This document shows positions 1 through 13,926 of a stretch of 64,000 nt of DNA, one piece after another. The notes beneath the pieces are model-generated. The model did no database searches, was not told the DNA's origin, and saw nothing but the letters and a program-made list of their open reading frames with translations. Origin of the DNA: Eledone cirrhosa. Its lineage: Eukaryota. How positions within the stretch are numbered: position 1 is the first letter of the stretch; every line of letters begins with the position of its first letter. The translations under genes and the position numbers were made by a program. The stretch covers positions 58,404,001 to 58,468,000 of the forward strand of contig OZ024747.1 of NCBI GenBank assembly GCA_964016885.1, in the 5' to 3' direction.

Positions 1-45
1 GTGTATATATATATATATGTGTGTGTATATATATATATATAAATG

Positions 46-76
<31 letters not shown>

Positions 77-105
77 ATATGGGTGTATAATATATATATA
101 TATAA

Positions 106-164
<59 letters not shown>

Positions 165-198
165 TAGAAGTGGTTACACAACAGTTAGTTCACCATAC

Positions 199-236
199 CG
201 AGAACAATTGTTTCACCGTAGCGGATCCTCAGCTCG
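199..236 (-). ncRNA. Minimal type I hammerhead ribozyme in a PLE pLTR fragment (168-312) flanked by (TA)n
   Basis: Minus strand reads CGAG-CUGAGGA-UCCG CUA CGGU-GAAAC AAUU GU-U-CUCG. Stem I is CGAG/CUCG, the core is canonical, and stem III is palindromic (ACAAUUGU), as in dimer-type PLE hammerheads. Confidence 0.8.
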
Positions 237-310
237 TAATCTACTTCTACCTAACTCGTCCCATGGACTGAGTACTCTACCACTACGGATATTACCTTCC
301 AGTGTTCTAC

Positions 311-360
<50 letters not shown>

Positions 361-625
361 GTGTGAGTGTGAGTGTGTGTGTATGTGTGTGTGTGTATAG
401 TGAGTTAGAATCTAACAGTAGTCTTTTACAATTAAATAGCTCTAAGAAAAAAGCTATTCCGAGCCGCACAATATAATTGAATAAACAAGAGAGATGAACA
501 CTAATATAAACATACATGTCTTTGAGTCGTAAGGACCAGGTTTGGTAGGGCTAAAAAATACTAACAACAGCAATATGGATTGTCAGAGTTAATTTTAAAT
601 ATTAAATTAAGAAAAATAACAGACC

Positions 626-692
626 TATATTTGAAAAATCGCGTGGTAACAACGAGACAGTTTTGGAGACTGTTCCGCAACAATTGTCTGTG
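626..692 (+). ncRNA. Degenerate hammerhead-like motif (UUGAAAA core, GAAA mutated to GCAA)
   Basis: TTGAAAA, long stem II containing ACAGT/ACTGT, then GCAAC AATT GTC, next to a (TA)n tract. Confidence 0.35.
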
Positions 693-715
693 TTTTATAT
701 ATATATATATATATT

Positions 716-791
<76 letters not shown>

Positions 792-815
792 CATATATTT
801 ATATATATATATATT

Positions 816-864
<49 letters not shown>

Positions 865-892
865 ATTTTACACATATATAAACATATATATA

Positions 893-1212
893 ATCAAAAA
901 CAAGATGGCGTAGGACCGAACAAAGGACAGGCACAAAAACAAAGAAAATAATTGCCAGCCACTAAAGACTTCACAGAATGTGTGACGAAAGAACTTTGAC
1001 AATATATGAACAACCATCTGTTTGTGGAACCAACCAACCAACCGGAAATTTATAAATTCCTGAATTTATGGATTTAATTTATAATAAATTGAAGTGAAAG
1101 CAACTGGTGCGTGTGTTTCTTATTGGAAACATGACGCTCCCAAAGTATAAAAATATCGGTTTCAACACACGTTTTCAGATAAAGTATCTTGCTAAACAAA
1201 TTCAGAAACGAA
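893..1212 (+). mobile_element. PLE pLTR fragment, family A, with degenerate HHR at about 958-1000
   Basis: Similar to 6380-6600, 37876-38237 and 48405-48650 (shared caaccaacc, atgacnctcccaaa.tataacaata and gtttcaacacacg blocks). The HHR reads gcca-CTAAAGA-cTTCACA gaatg TGTGAC-GAAAG aa CT-T-tgac. Confidence 0.65.
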
Positions 1213-1268
1213 ATATATATATATATATATATATGTTTATATGTTTACATATATATATATATATATAT

Positions 1269-1400
<132 letters not shown>

Positions 1401-1641
1401 TTATATATATATATATATATTTTTTTATATATATATATATTTTTTTATATATATATATATATGTTTATATATATATATATTTTTTATATATATATATATA
1501 TGTTTATATATATATATAAATATATATATATATGTTTATATAAATATATATATATATATTAGAAACCGAGTTTTTTTACATAATGAAAAATGACCGATGT
1601 GTCCTACACGACTGAAAGTATAAAGTAAAATAGATAAAATT

Positions 1642-1876
1642 GAAAATGCAACTGGAGTCTTATTTAAAAAAATATATATATATTTATTTAGTTCCTTTAC
1701 CGGTTTCGCAGTTCTTCTGCTTTTCAAAAGTAGAGTTGAGATGGAGGGTATGTGGTTTTTCTCACAGACGCTCCATCTCAACTCTACTTTTGAAAAGCAG
1801 AAGAACTGCGAAACCGGTAAAGGAACCAAATAAATATATATATATTTTTTTAAAATAAGACTCCAGTTGCATTTTC
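1642..1876. repeat. Fold-back palindrome (arms 1642-1746 and 1771-1876) of PLE pLTR family B, one hammerhead per arm
   Basis: Near-perfect inverted repeat. HHR on + at 1787-1822 reads CUU-UUGAAAA-GCAG AAGAA CUGC-GAAAC CG GU-A-AAG; its mirror is on - at 1695-1730. Confidence 0.85.
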
Positions 1877-1907
1877 GATTTCATCATTTTTTTCTTTATA
1901 TATATAT

Positions 1908-1949
<42 letters not shown>

Positions 1950-1963
1950 ATATATATATATAC

Positions 1964-2041
<78 letters not shown>

Positions 2042-2089
2042 ATATATATATATATATATAAACATATATATATATATATATATATAAAC

Positions 2090-2143
<54 letters not shown>

Positions 2144-2177
2144 GTGTATATATATATGATTATATATATATATATAT

Positions 2178-2243
<66 letters not shown>

Positions 2244-2394
2244 GTTTATATATATATATATATATGTTTATATATATATATATATATATATATGTTTATA
2301 TATATATATGTTTATATATATATATATACATATATATATAAATCTCTATATATATGTTTATATATATATACATATATATAAATCTCTATATATA

Positions 2395-2454
<60 letters not shown>

Positions 2455-2525
2455 TATATATATATATATATATGTTTATTTATATATATATATATATATA
2501 TATGTTTATATATATATATATATAT

Positions 2526-2582
<57 letters not shown>

Positions 2583-2657
2583 TATATATATATATGTTTA
2601 TATATATATATATACATATATATATAAATCTCTATACATATGTTTGTATATATATAC

Positions 2658-2728
<71 letters not shown>

Positions 2729-2731
<3 letters not shown>

Positions 2732-3336
2732 TTGCTTCCAACTCGTTTTCGAGTACGGCCACTACTTTATATCCATGTAGGAGAACCCCTACCTATACGC
2801 TGAACGAGTGTGACTTTTTAGTCCAGCCAGTGACTTGAAATCTCTGGTACAAACACTACACTTGTGACAATTAGTGACACATAGTGCTGGGCCCAAGGTA
2901 CCATGTTGCAGCAAGTGCAGAGAGATCTCCAGATACAAAGCAATCCCTGTGCCGTGAAGATTTTATAGTCAGCAAAGCCACTGCACATAGCCAGTCCCAC
3001 TCTCTTAACCAATATGATATTTACCAAAAAGAAGAACAAGTCAACATCATTGGATACCATCAGGGTTGCAGGTGTTATATCAGCGGTTTCCTTCTCCTAG
3101 AATTCTGCCTTGACAAAGGCTAAGGCGTCATCTCTCCCGGTGATTTCGGATGGCCATTGACTCTTAAGAGCTCCTTTGCCCTTTGACAGGTTTTGTTTTT
3201 AGTCCTGCAGGATGTCCAAAGTCACCCTCCTCACCAAGAAACCTTGTTGGGGTTGCCAGTTTAGTCGCCAACGACTCGACCATGAGACAGGTTGTACTGG
3301 GATACATGTTACCAGTAGCAACAAGTGGTGACCTTA
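2729..3336 (-). mobile_element. Non-LTR retroelement 5' region (RTE-like 5' UTR), non-coding remnant
   Basis: Minus strand contains ggcagaattctaggagaaggaaaccgctga and ggcgactaaactggcaacccc, which resemble RTE-clade 5' UTR motifs (from recall). 2729-3051 recurs inverted at 16243-16562. Confidence 0.5.
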
Positions 3337-4562
3337 CATATATATATATATATATAAAAACATATTGTCAGCATATAACCTAATTTTGGGGAAATATGCT
3401 CATACCAGTAAATATTATATTAGAAAAGAATTTTAACAATTAATTAATCGTAAATACACGTACAATTGAATATATTTCCTCCAAATTACGTTATATGAAT
3501 GTTATTCATCCTCTTGTTAATTTCTTCTCTCTATCTCTCTCGTAATATTTTTTCTCTCTTTCTTTTTTCTCTCTCTCTCTTTCTCCAGTGTCATTTAAAT
3601 AAACGGTTGCTTTTCAATTATTTACATATTCATTTGCATATTCAAACATACGTTTAAATAATCCCTAATATATTTCCACTATCCAGTGAATTTCCAACCA
3701 ATAAGGTATGACTTTCATGGGTATGTCTATATTTATAAAACAAACTTTGTATTTCATCTGATGAAAGCGTACCAATGTTGTCTTGGTTGCCCTTCAAATA
3801 TATATAATAAAATAAACATGGTATTATAAATATAGTTTCCATTTATCTAATATCATTGAATATTTACTCCAGTAACTTGTTGAGTGCTCTAAATCAGTTA
3901 TAAGCATTTATATTTGTGGGACTTCCAACAAATTAAATACCACTCCTACTTATATATATATGTATATATGTGTATATGTATACATATATTTCTTTATATT
4001 CAAGTGTGTATATATATATGTTTATATATATGTGTGTATATATATATATATTTGTATATATATGTATATATATATATATATATATATAGACGATTTACTA
4101 ACTAGAAAATGTAATTGCTTTACTCTTTCCTACCTTATATAACATATTTAACTTCCTCATATATTCTTATTTATCCTATTCATTTACATAAATGACGCTA
4201 GAACATAGGATATTTTAAAGGAAAAGGATCTTTAATTACATTATAAACATTGCGGAATTGGCAAATTCTGAATTAGAATATACCAAGAAATCTTGAGAAT
4301 CATTCTTAGAAGGAATAACCGAAATATTGATATATACGTAAATGTTTACAATGTGGTTTATATACTTAAATACATCCACACACACACATACGCAAACACA
4401 CACATCCACACATACACACACACACACAGAGACACTCATATATGTACATGCAAACGCATACAGTGCGTGTGCTGGATCATTTCTTTTACATCTGATATCA
4501 TACGAATTCAAAATCGATTAACAACGAAAAACTTAAGAACTAAATACACACACATAAACGCA

Positions 4563-4602
<40 letters not shown>

Positions 4603-4681
4603 GAGTGTAAACACAGAAAATATCTTTAAAAATAATAATAAATAATTAAATTCCAAAACATTCATTGTACTTACTATATGT

Positions 4682-4762
4682 GCATTTACCGCGGTTTCAG
4701 ATCCCAAATAAATAGACAATCCAAGTGAATTTCTATTGAGAAAGAGATCATTGTCAGAAGGC
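4682..4762 (-). ncRNA. Degenerate hammerhead with long stem II
   Basis: gcctt-CTGACAA-tGATC...GATCt-GAAAC CGCG GT-A-aatgc. G8 is changed to A; stem III is palindromic. Confidence 0.5.
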
Positions 4763-4967
4763 TTTTCTCTCTCTGGGAATATAAAATTCCCGAGTTCAAA
4801 TTACAAACTGGCGCCATACCAAACTGCCTCAGAATGTATCAGTTTTGGTTAGGAACGCGTGCAAAGGCGAAAGCACGTTGGACAGGTCAATCTAATGCTA
4901 CTAAAAATAGCAGCTCTACGAAAGACTGAATGTGTCTCTACCATTGGGGGGGGGGGGATAATAAGAA

Positions 4968-5123
4968 AAGTGTGTGACCTATATGTAATTAATACATACA
5001 GGGATACAAGTATAGTCCGTATGCAACGGTGGTTCAATAGCAAGTTAATAAATTAACAAGCCTGGCACACGGACTATACTTGTATCCCTGTATGTATTAA
5101 TTACATATAGGACACATACCTTT
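4968..5123. repeat. Inverted repeat (about 55-bp arms) in a PLE-like fragment
   Basis: cctatatgtaattaatacatacagggatacaagtatagtccgt is followed by its reverse complement. The spacer gtggttcaat.gca.gttaataaattaac recurs at about 13770-13805. Confidence 0.75.
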
Positions 5124-5213
5124 ATTATATACCAACACCCCACTCTCCAGAGCGTGAAATTAATAAACATTCGTTGTACTGCCTCTCTGTTCTGTCCCTG
5201 TTCAAATGTTTCC

Positions 5214-5334
<121 letters not shown>

Positions 5335-5337
5335 AAT

Positions 5338-5390
<53 letters not shown>

Positions 5391-5401
5391 TATATATATA
5401 C

Positions 5402-5449
<48 letters not shown>

Positions 5450-5557
5450 GCATATATATATAGGCATATATATATATATGTATATATATATATAGGCATA
5501 TATATGTATATATATATATATAGGTGTATAATTATATTTATATACATATATATATAT

Positions 5558-5683
<126 letters not shown>

Positions 5684-5789
5684 GCATATATATATAGGCA
5701 TATATATATATGTATATATATATATAGGCATATATATGTATATATATATATATAGGTGTATAATTATATTTATATACATATATATATAT

Positions 5790-5853
<64 letters not shown>

Positions 5854-5855
<2 letters not shown>

Positions 5856-6160
5856 AGTATATAGCATAAGATGTACCGAGGGGACAGTGTAGTAATAAGA
5901 AAATAATAATATAAATTACACAGCTGAAACAGCCCGTAGCCTAGGAGAAAGGATCAGTGAACACTGGCAGGAACCCCTGGATGGGAAAAACTCGTCAGTA
6001 CTCCACCAACATGCCAAAATGGAACATATGGGCATATTAGAGAAAATAGAGGTATAAATTATATCCACACATAGAAAAGATGCAATGCTCAGACAAATCA
6101 CAGAGGCAACAAATATAAACGAACACCAACCGAAATTAAAACGAAAACTTGAGTGGAATA
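5854..6160 (+). pseudogene. Penelope-like element GIY-YIG endonuclease remnant
   Basis: Manual translation VVYSIRC...[18 protein letters not shown]...SSVLHQHAKMEH...IEV*IISTHRKDAMLRQITEATNINEHQPKLKRKLEWN matches the PLE GIY-YIG pattern (VY-C, YxGET-R-R-EH, RQIxEA, LNxKxEW). Contains stops and a frameshift. Confidence 0.85.
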
Positions 6161-6595
6161 ACACCATCACAATTAGTAATGAAGGACAAAATGAAGACAT
6201 ACAGACACACACAAAAAAAACAAATTAACAAAACAAATAAGACACACAGATAGAACAAAGAAACAACTAGTGATAAGTAAACAAGTACATGAATAAATAA
6301 ATAAATAAATAAATAAACACACACGCACACACTGATATTGCGCATGCGCAAGCTAAGCACACAGCACGCAACACGCAAAAATAAGGTGGTGTAGGACAGA
6401 AAAAAGTAAGGCCACAAAATAAAATCCTAAACCTTGAGGAAGTCACAGAAAGTGTGACGAAAGAGATTTGGCAGTATATAAACAACCTTCATGTTATCGA
6501 ACCAACCAACCAACCAACCGGAAACTTTTAAGAAATTGAAGTGAAAACCAACAGGTGCGTGTGCTTTTATTGGTAGCATGACTCTCCCAAAGTAT

Positions 6596-6601
<6 letters not shown>
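6161..6601 (+). mobile_element. 3' UTR/pLTR of the PLE above (family A), HHR-like motif at about 6432-6472
   Basis: TTGAGGA-aGTCACA gaaag TGTGAC-GAAAG...; ends in a (TA)n tract. Confidence 0.7.
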
Positions 6602-6655
<54 letters not shown>

Positions 6656-6709
6656 ATGTGTGTGTGTGCGTGCGTGTGCGTGTGTGTGTGCGTGTGCGTG
6701 TGCGTGTGC

Positions 6710-6750
<41 letters not shown>

Positions 6751-6787
6751 TTTATGGTTGTGAGTCTCGGTTATATGTGTGTGGATT

Positions 6788-6839
<52 letters not shown>

Positions 6840-6840
6840 A

Positions 6841-7029
6841 ACGTTATTCCGGGTTGAATCGGTGGTAACCACAGTAAGTAAGGTACTCAATACATTGCAG
6901 AGTATAAAAGTTTTAATATAGATGAGATTCTACAGGACTAGAACTGTTTCATTCTTTAGAAATCATCAGGAATATGATTTCTAAAGAATGAAACAGTTCT
7001 AGTCCTGTAGAATCTCATCTATATTAAAA
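6841..7029 (-). mobile_element. PLE pLTR family C with fold-back palindrome (6911-6966 / 6974-7029) and intact HHR at 6927-6973 (-)
   Basis: AUUC-CUGAUGA-UUUC UAAA GAAU-GAAACAG UUCUAGUC CUGU-A-GAAU. Family copies are at 36480-36688 and 41573-41698. Confidence 0.85.
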
Positions 7030-7036
7030 ATATATT

Positions 7037-7087
<51 letters not shown>

Positions 7088-7321
7088 GATATATACATGT
7101 CTTTGTGTATGTATATCATGTTAATAATACACATCAAATATTGATACATCAATGTAATGATTTATCTAATGTTATCGAATATTTTCTGTCATATAACACT
7201 GTGCCATCTCCCTTTTACAATCGTTTTATAAGTTGAGAATATAATGAAAGGCCATAAATTAATCTTTTCTATAGTACAAATCTCTATTCACCTTCCTTCA
7301 CTCATTATCTTTATAACTCTC

Positions 7322-7409
<88 letters not shown>

Positions 7410-7541
7410 TCTCTAATCTTTAGGATGATTTAATCTGCTCAACTACTCTCATTATTGAGTCAATGATTTACAGAATCACACATACACACATATATATGTG
7501 TTTGTGTATGTATATATGTATCTGTGTGTACGTGTATTTAT

Positions 7542-7583
<42 letters not shown>

Positions 7584-7695
7584 TTGTGTGTGTGTGTGTG
7601 TACGTATATAATTATATTTATATGTGTATATATGTGTATATATATATAATACCGATAGATTCATGCATATATATATATATAATACCGATATATAT

Positions 7696-7730
<35 letters not shown>

Positions 7731-7744
7731 ATGCCTATAGATAT

Positions 7745-7777
<33 letters not shown>

Positions 7778-7832
7778 TATATCTATATATATATATATAT
7801 ATATACACACACATATATATATATATATATAC

Positions 7833-7945
<113 letters not shown>

Positions 7946-7976
7946 TATATATATATATATGCATATGTATATATAC

Positions 7977-8011
<35 letters not shown>

Positions 8012-8054
8012 CACATATATATATATATATATGCATATGTATATATACATATAT

Positions 8055-8114
<60 letters not shown>

Positions 8115-8115
8115 T

Positions 8116-8147
<32 letters not shown>

Positions 8148-9702
8148 TATATATATACATATATACATATATATATATATACACAATGTATTGACGTTAT
8201 CAGTGTACACGGCTAGAAAGGTTTCTACTCTATGAATACATTGATAGATTAACATAGTTCACATGCTCTCGCTTCTTTCATAAAATGAATTCTTTCTTTC
8301 TGTTTTTCTTCTTAGCTTCATAGACGTTCACTAAATGTAAAGAACTCAACTAAAGTTATGGCTGTTAATTTCCCCGAGGTTTTGGAGATTTGCAAGGAAA
8401 TAAACAATAGCGCATAAAGCTTTCGAAAGTTGCTGTCAAATTTTTCATTGCTTAATAGAGGACTAGCATGAATAATATATGTCTTTCTCGTTAGCTAGAA
8501 TTTTCTGCAGGAAGCATTCCGACATGTCTCATCCATTTTTCTGACTTTCAGTTGATTCCAATCATAGAACCTCTAAGGATTTCTCCATACGCTAAAAGAG
8601 ACCATTTATTACACAGAATTATGATTTCTTTAACCTCAGTTATCTAACATATGTAATGCACCAGTTTTCCATATTAAGATGGATGCGAAATGAGAAAATG
8701 TGTTTGGTCTCTGAGGCAAAACATTTAACAAAAGCTTTCTTCATTGGACGAAATAAATGTCATAACTTTAATCTATTGATATCAGCTATGTTTCTGTTCA
8801 GTGCATATATCATGTTCTTTCGCTGTCAAAGCATTTTGTCCTCGTGCATCATCGATACTGATATTATCGATTACACATTTTATGCGTACTTAGTGTCAGT
8901 ATCGAGTAAATTCATTCACCTTCATTGCTACAAGGTAAATACTTGCTATGTTATAGGAAACATTTCATGCTTTTATAGGGCTTTCATACTAATCTGTGTT
9001 TCATTGTTTATAATTGACATATCGCTTAGGCATGACAGCCCTTATACGAGATCAGAAACCAGAAATCCTTGCAAATATAAGTACTCCCAAATGTCAGAAC
9101 AAGCTTTTATGCATTTTTAGTACATATTCATATATAAACGTGTAAAGAATTTTCTCGCGAATTACCTTTATTGTTTGAGTAGCGCGTGACTTGGTAATTA
9201 TAGTGCAGTTCCGATGGATGAAGGGAATCGGGTTCCTTTCGCTAGATAATATCTCCCTGTTGTGGAATGAATCATAGATTTTCATAAGGCTCTTATTCTT
9301 TATTCATATTCCATTTGTTTTTCAACCAGCCATTTCATGTCTGTATGTGTGTCACCTCATTCTCTGTACAGAGAAAAATGTATTTCTGTGTTCATATCTA
9401 CTCATGCGTTATCAAGATTCATTAAAGAAAATCGACAACAAATGATATTTGAGAAAAGACTTGAAATAGCAATGCAACAGATTTTGTTTAAGATTGAGGA
9501 ATGTTGAAAATCAACAAAGTATATATAGGATGTTAAATCAGTAAGTGATAGATGAGAGAGCCAATACAATACATGATTTATGTTAAACTACATATTACAT
9601 AACTTAGGTTATTTATAACTACGTCCACAAACGAGACTATATACATATTCGTACTCATATATTCATACGCGAAATGTATATATATATATATATATATAAC
9701 TA

Positions 9703-9735
<33 letters not shown>

Positions 9736-9741
<6 letters not shown>

Positions 9742-9786
9742 AGATTCAGAACTCCGACTGTTGAGCTCCGAGCGTTTCGACAGCTA
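9736..9786 (-). mobile_element. Short fragment of PLE pLTR family D (3' half of the HHR)
   Basis: actccgactgttgagctccgagcgtttcgacagct resembles 20412-20446. A similar fragment lies at 43486-43533. Confidence 0.55.
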
Positions 9787-9816
9787 CATCTGTATAGTCA
9801 TACACACATATATGTA

Positions 9817-9908
<92 letters not shown>

Positions 9909-9977
9909 TACGTGTGTGTGTCTGTGTGCGCGTGTATGTGCACGTGTATGTGTCTGTTTGCGTGTTCGTGTCCGAAG

Positions 9978-10110
9978 TCGTGTGGCCTGGCGGTTAGAGC
10001 AACGGTTTCACAATCTGGAGGTTACGCGTTCGTTTCCCGGACCTGCAGATGCATTGTATTCTTACCTCTGCTCATTTAGCTTATAGAATGAGTTGCAACA
10101 TCACTCTTAC
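9978..10110 (+). mobile_element. tRNA-derived SINE head, diverged, second SINE family
   Basis: A-box-like tggcctggcggttagagc and B-box-like gttcgtttccc. The downstream sequence is distantly similar to the family at 57928-58215. Confidence 0.5.
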
Positions 10111-10295
10111 TAATATGCAATAGGCTTTTGGTGCAAATCCCAGGGTCATACGTATCGGAACATGTTGAACAAGCTGGTCATCAATGATTGAGGAAGTTAT
10201 GACACCGTAGTAGTAATGACCTTCATAATTATATTCAAACTCGCCCTACGTAGTTGATTTGCTCACCTGGGATTTTTATTTACCTATTACTTATG

Positions 10296-10360
<65 letters not shown>

Positions 10361-10380
10361 TATTATTACTATTATTATAC

Positions 10381-10608
10381 AGTTACGTCCCTTTACTATC
10401 AGAGTTCAAATCCAGCCAAGGTTAACTTTGCCTTTCATCCTTACGAGGTCGATAAATAAAGTACCAGTAATGTACTGGGTAATTTCTGGCCTTGTACCGA
10501 AAGTAGAAACAATTATTACTATTATTATTATTTTTGCCTTTCATTCTTACGGGGTCGATAAAATAAAGTACCAGTAATGCACTAGGTATTTGCTGGCCTT
10601 GTGCCTAA
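10381..10608 (+). mobile_element. tRNA-SINE family 1, 5'-truncated copy plus partial tandem 3' copy
   Basis: gagttcaaatcc...aactttgcctttcatccttacg...gtcgataa...aagtaccagtaat...ggccttgt, shared with at least 10 other copies in the window. Confidence 0.85.
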
Positions 10609-10609
10609 C

Positions 10610-10931
10610 GCGAAACGCGTCCTCCGCTGTTCAAACAGCGGAAGACGCGTTTCGCATTCGTCCGACAGACATCCTTTACCCCGGAAAAAAAAACCGAGTT
10701 GATGGATGTGAATCCGAAATATATAGGGACTATTAAATCTCTCCCAAGATAACTCTCTCTTGTGTTGTTATTTTTATTTTATCCTTTATACTCTTCCCTT
10801 CTTTCTTCTACACATTTACACATCTTTACACGCATCTCAACGTACACCCACTTACATCTCTCTCTCCACCACCGGATCTTGTTACCCGGAGATTTACCCA
10901 TTTGCATTGTCGAGGCTTCCAAACGACTTAA

Positions 10932-10934
<3 letters not shown>
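10610..10934 (+). mobile_element. PLE pLTR fragment with a 46-bp hairpin (10610-10655) and a partial HHR at about 10697-10730
   Basis: Hairpin gcgaaacgcgtcctccgctgtt/aacagcggaagacgcgtttcgc and motif GGAT gtga ATCC-GAAA TATA TA. 10780-10934 recurs at 39113-39272. Confidence 0.6.
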
Positions 10935-10992
<58 letters not shown>

Positions 10993-11013
10993 GACATATA
11001 TATATATATATAT

Positions 11014-11056
<43 letters not shown>

Positions 11057-11090
11057 TTACAATAATCAAAGTTCAGTTTAAGTCATTTAT

Positions 11091-11139
11091 TTGCTTACAA
11101 TTGTTTCCTCCAAACCGAGGTTTGGATTCTTCGGAGCAA
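11091..11139 (-). ncRNA. Hammerhead ribozyme with CCGAAGA core variant
   Basis: UUGCU-CCGAAGA-A UCCAAAC CUCG GUUUGGA G-GAAAC AAUU GU-A-AGCAA: 5-bp stem I, 7-bp stem II, palindromic stem III. Confidence 0.75.
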
Positions 11140-11923
11140 CTATTTACTGATCTATAACATACTTGACCTCCTTTTCAACCCAAGAGACACATAAAACATA
11201 TGCGCATATTGATCAACAGTGGGGTGACATTCATCAAATGATATAGCATGGCAATTTACATATAAAGGTTGCAGGATAAAAATAAAAACAAGAATGAAAA
11301 TAAAAATGAAAATAAAGATAAACATGAAGCGTTGGCAGTCTATGAAGATAAAGCAAGAGGAAAGTTTAGAGTAGTCAGTGTATGAAACAATCTTACGTGT
11401 AGCATGCACGCGTGTCTTATTTATACATGATTAGAGTGCGTCAGAAAGATATTTGCAGGGTCAGGCAGTTGAAGCAGGCAATCGATCTTATTATGTGGGT
11501 TGAATTATTTAGTCATTTATTCTCATACATCTGTATGATATACAGTCTCGGATGCAGGGGAACACCAAAATATCAAAAACTTTCAACATACTATAAACCT
11601 TATTGTATCGTAGACAAAGCCGTACCACTGTCTTCGCTCACACCACCACTCACATAATCCATGAGACGCAATATATATAGAGAACACGTGTCTATCGTAT
11701 AATTCGCGGTGGTTCAGCATATAATCAAGCTATAAACCGTATCCAGTAGGTTCTTAATTAATAGATCATGCTGTCCAGATTCCGGAAGTGTCTGAATGAC
11801 TAAGTGGAATTAATGAGTAAGGGGAGGTAACTAGCTAGTTATCTTAGTATATATATATATATATATATATAGACATATATATGCATATATATATATTTAG
11901 ACATATATATATTTAGACATATT

Positions 11924-11968
<45 letters not shown>

Positions 11969-11974
11969 TTATAC

Positions 11975-12091
<117 letters not shown>

Positions 12092-12095
12092 CATT

Positions 12096-12149
<54 letters not shown>

Positions 12150-12444
12150 CATAATGCGATGAAATACCAATGATGGTTGGCAAATCACTGATGAGGGACT
12201 AATTTTATAATATGTAATCCCTGTGCAACCATGCAGTATTCCTCTTCCCTTGTTTTTCATATATATATATATATATACATATAAATATATATTTATCATT
12301 ATATATATATATTTATACATATATAATTATACATATATATATATTTATACATATATATATATATATTTATACATACATATATATATTTATATTTATACAT
12401 ATATATATATATATATATTTATACATATATATATATATATATTT

Positions 12445-12527
<83 letters not shown>

Positions 12528-12656
12528 CATATATATATATAATTATATATATATATATATATATATATTTATACATATATATATATATATATATTCATAT
12601 ATATATATATATAGATATATATATATATACATATATATATGCATATATATATATAC

Positions 12657-12798
<142 letters not shown>

Positions 12799-13582
12799 TT
12801 ATATTGGTTATAGCACACACACTTTATCCTACATTATTTTTCACTTCTCCATCTTCATTTTCATTATTTTTTCACCAATTTTTCATTTATTCTTTATTCT
12901 TTATTCTTTATTCTCTATTAATTTATTTATTTTCAAATTATACAAATTATATTAATTATTTTATTATATTATTTATTTATTTTCTGTTTTCTTCATTTAT
13001 TCCCTTATATTTCTTCATATACATGGAATAACCCCCCACCCCACCACAACCACCACCACCACTATGAGAGATGGTGGCAGGAGGGATGAAGAAAAAACAC
13101 AAACTGGATACTTCTAAATTGTTAGCCACAGCAAGATATAAGCTGACTACAACACCAATAACACTACCAAATAATGGTAGAGGTCAAATGTACTGAACAA
13201 TAGCAAACAAAAACACTACAGGGAGCCTCACCCCAGAAAGAATTCTATAGACTTCTGACTGAGGAATGCTCTCAGAACTGACCAATGGGAAGTTTGACAC
13301 TTTTTTGTTATTTTGTTCCTTTAAGACATTGTCCCTTCTACCATTTTATCAATGTTTTAAGCTAACTCCAACATTAACAACACTTAGAATGAGGAATGTT
13401 CTAATAACTGACCAATGAGAGGAGAAGAGGACCTTTGACACTGAAATTCGTTTGTTTGAATTCATATGATTCCAGTCCCTCAGTGAAATAACAACCCAAC
13501 AAGGAACTGGGCATATCAGAGTATTGACAATATTATACACCTCAACAACATATGTACTTGTCTATACTATACTAATTCAAAG

Positions 13583-13633
13583 TGACTGAAGAGGTCACAG
13601 CCAAAGATGGCTGTCACTGAAATATATATAGCA
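13583..13633 (+). ncRNA. Hammerhead ribozyme in a PLE 3' region (about 12800-13690)
   Basis: CUGAAGA-GGUcACAGCCA aaga UGGCUGUcACU-GAAA UAUAUA U-A. A degenerate family copy lies at 62627-62770. Confidence 0.65.
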
Positions 13634-13855
13634 GTAATAAACGAAGCTAAATTTTAATCATTTGACTTTTATTTAACTGTATTTTACAGATATATATATA
13701 TATAATAGGATATGTGTTACTTCACGCACAAGGCGCTAAGGTACGCATGTATTGTCCAACCAAATGCCAGTGTGGTTCAATGGCAGGTTAATAAATTAAC
13801 GAGCCGTATATATTATGGAATACCGTTGCCTTCTTGCTACAATAATTTCTATACT

Positions 13856-13926
<71 letters not shown>

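Noticed and set aside
3372-3498. Short imperfect inverted ends suggesting a MITE
   Set aside because: Only about 25 bp with several mismatches, no TSD and no second copy in the window.
3654-3842. 62-aa minus ORF with possible splice signals
   Set aside because: All frames close before the putative donor, and I recognise no homology.
12188-12240. CTGATGA-GGGA...TCCC-tgtGCAAC; similar weak motifs near 18638, 21297, 38730 and 49300
   Set aside because: Core or stems too degraded to call; possibly dead pLTR ribozymes.
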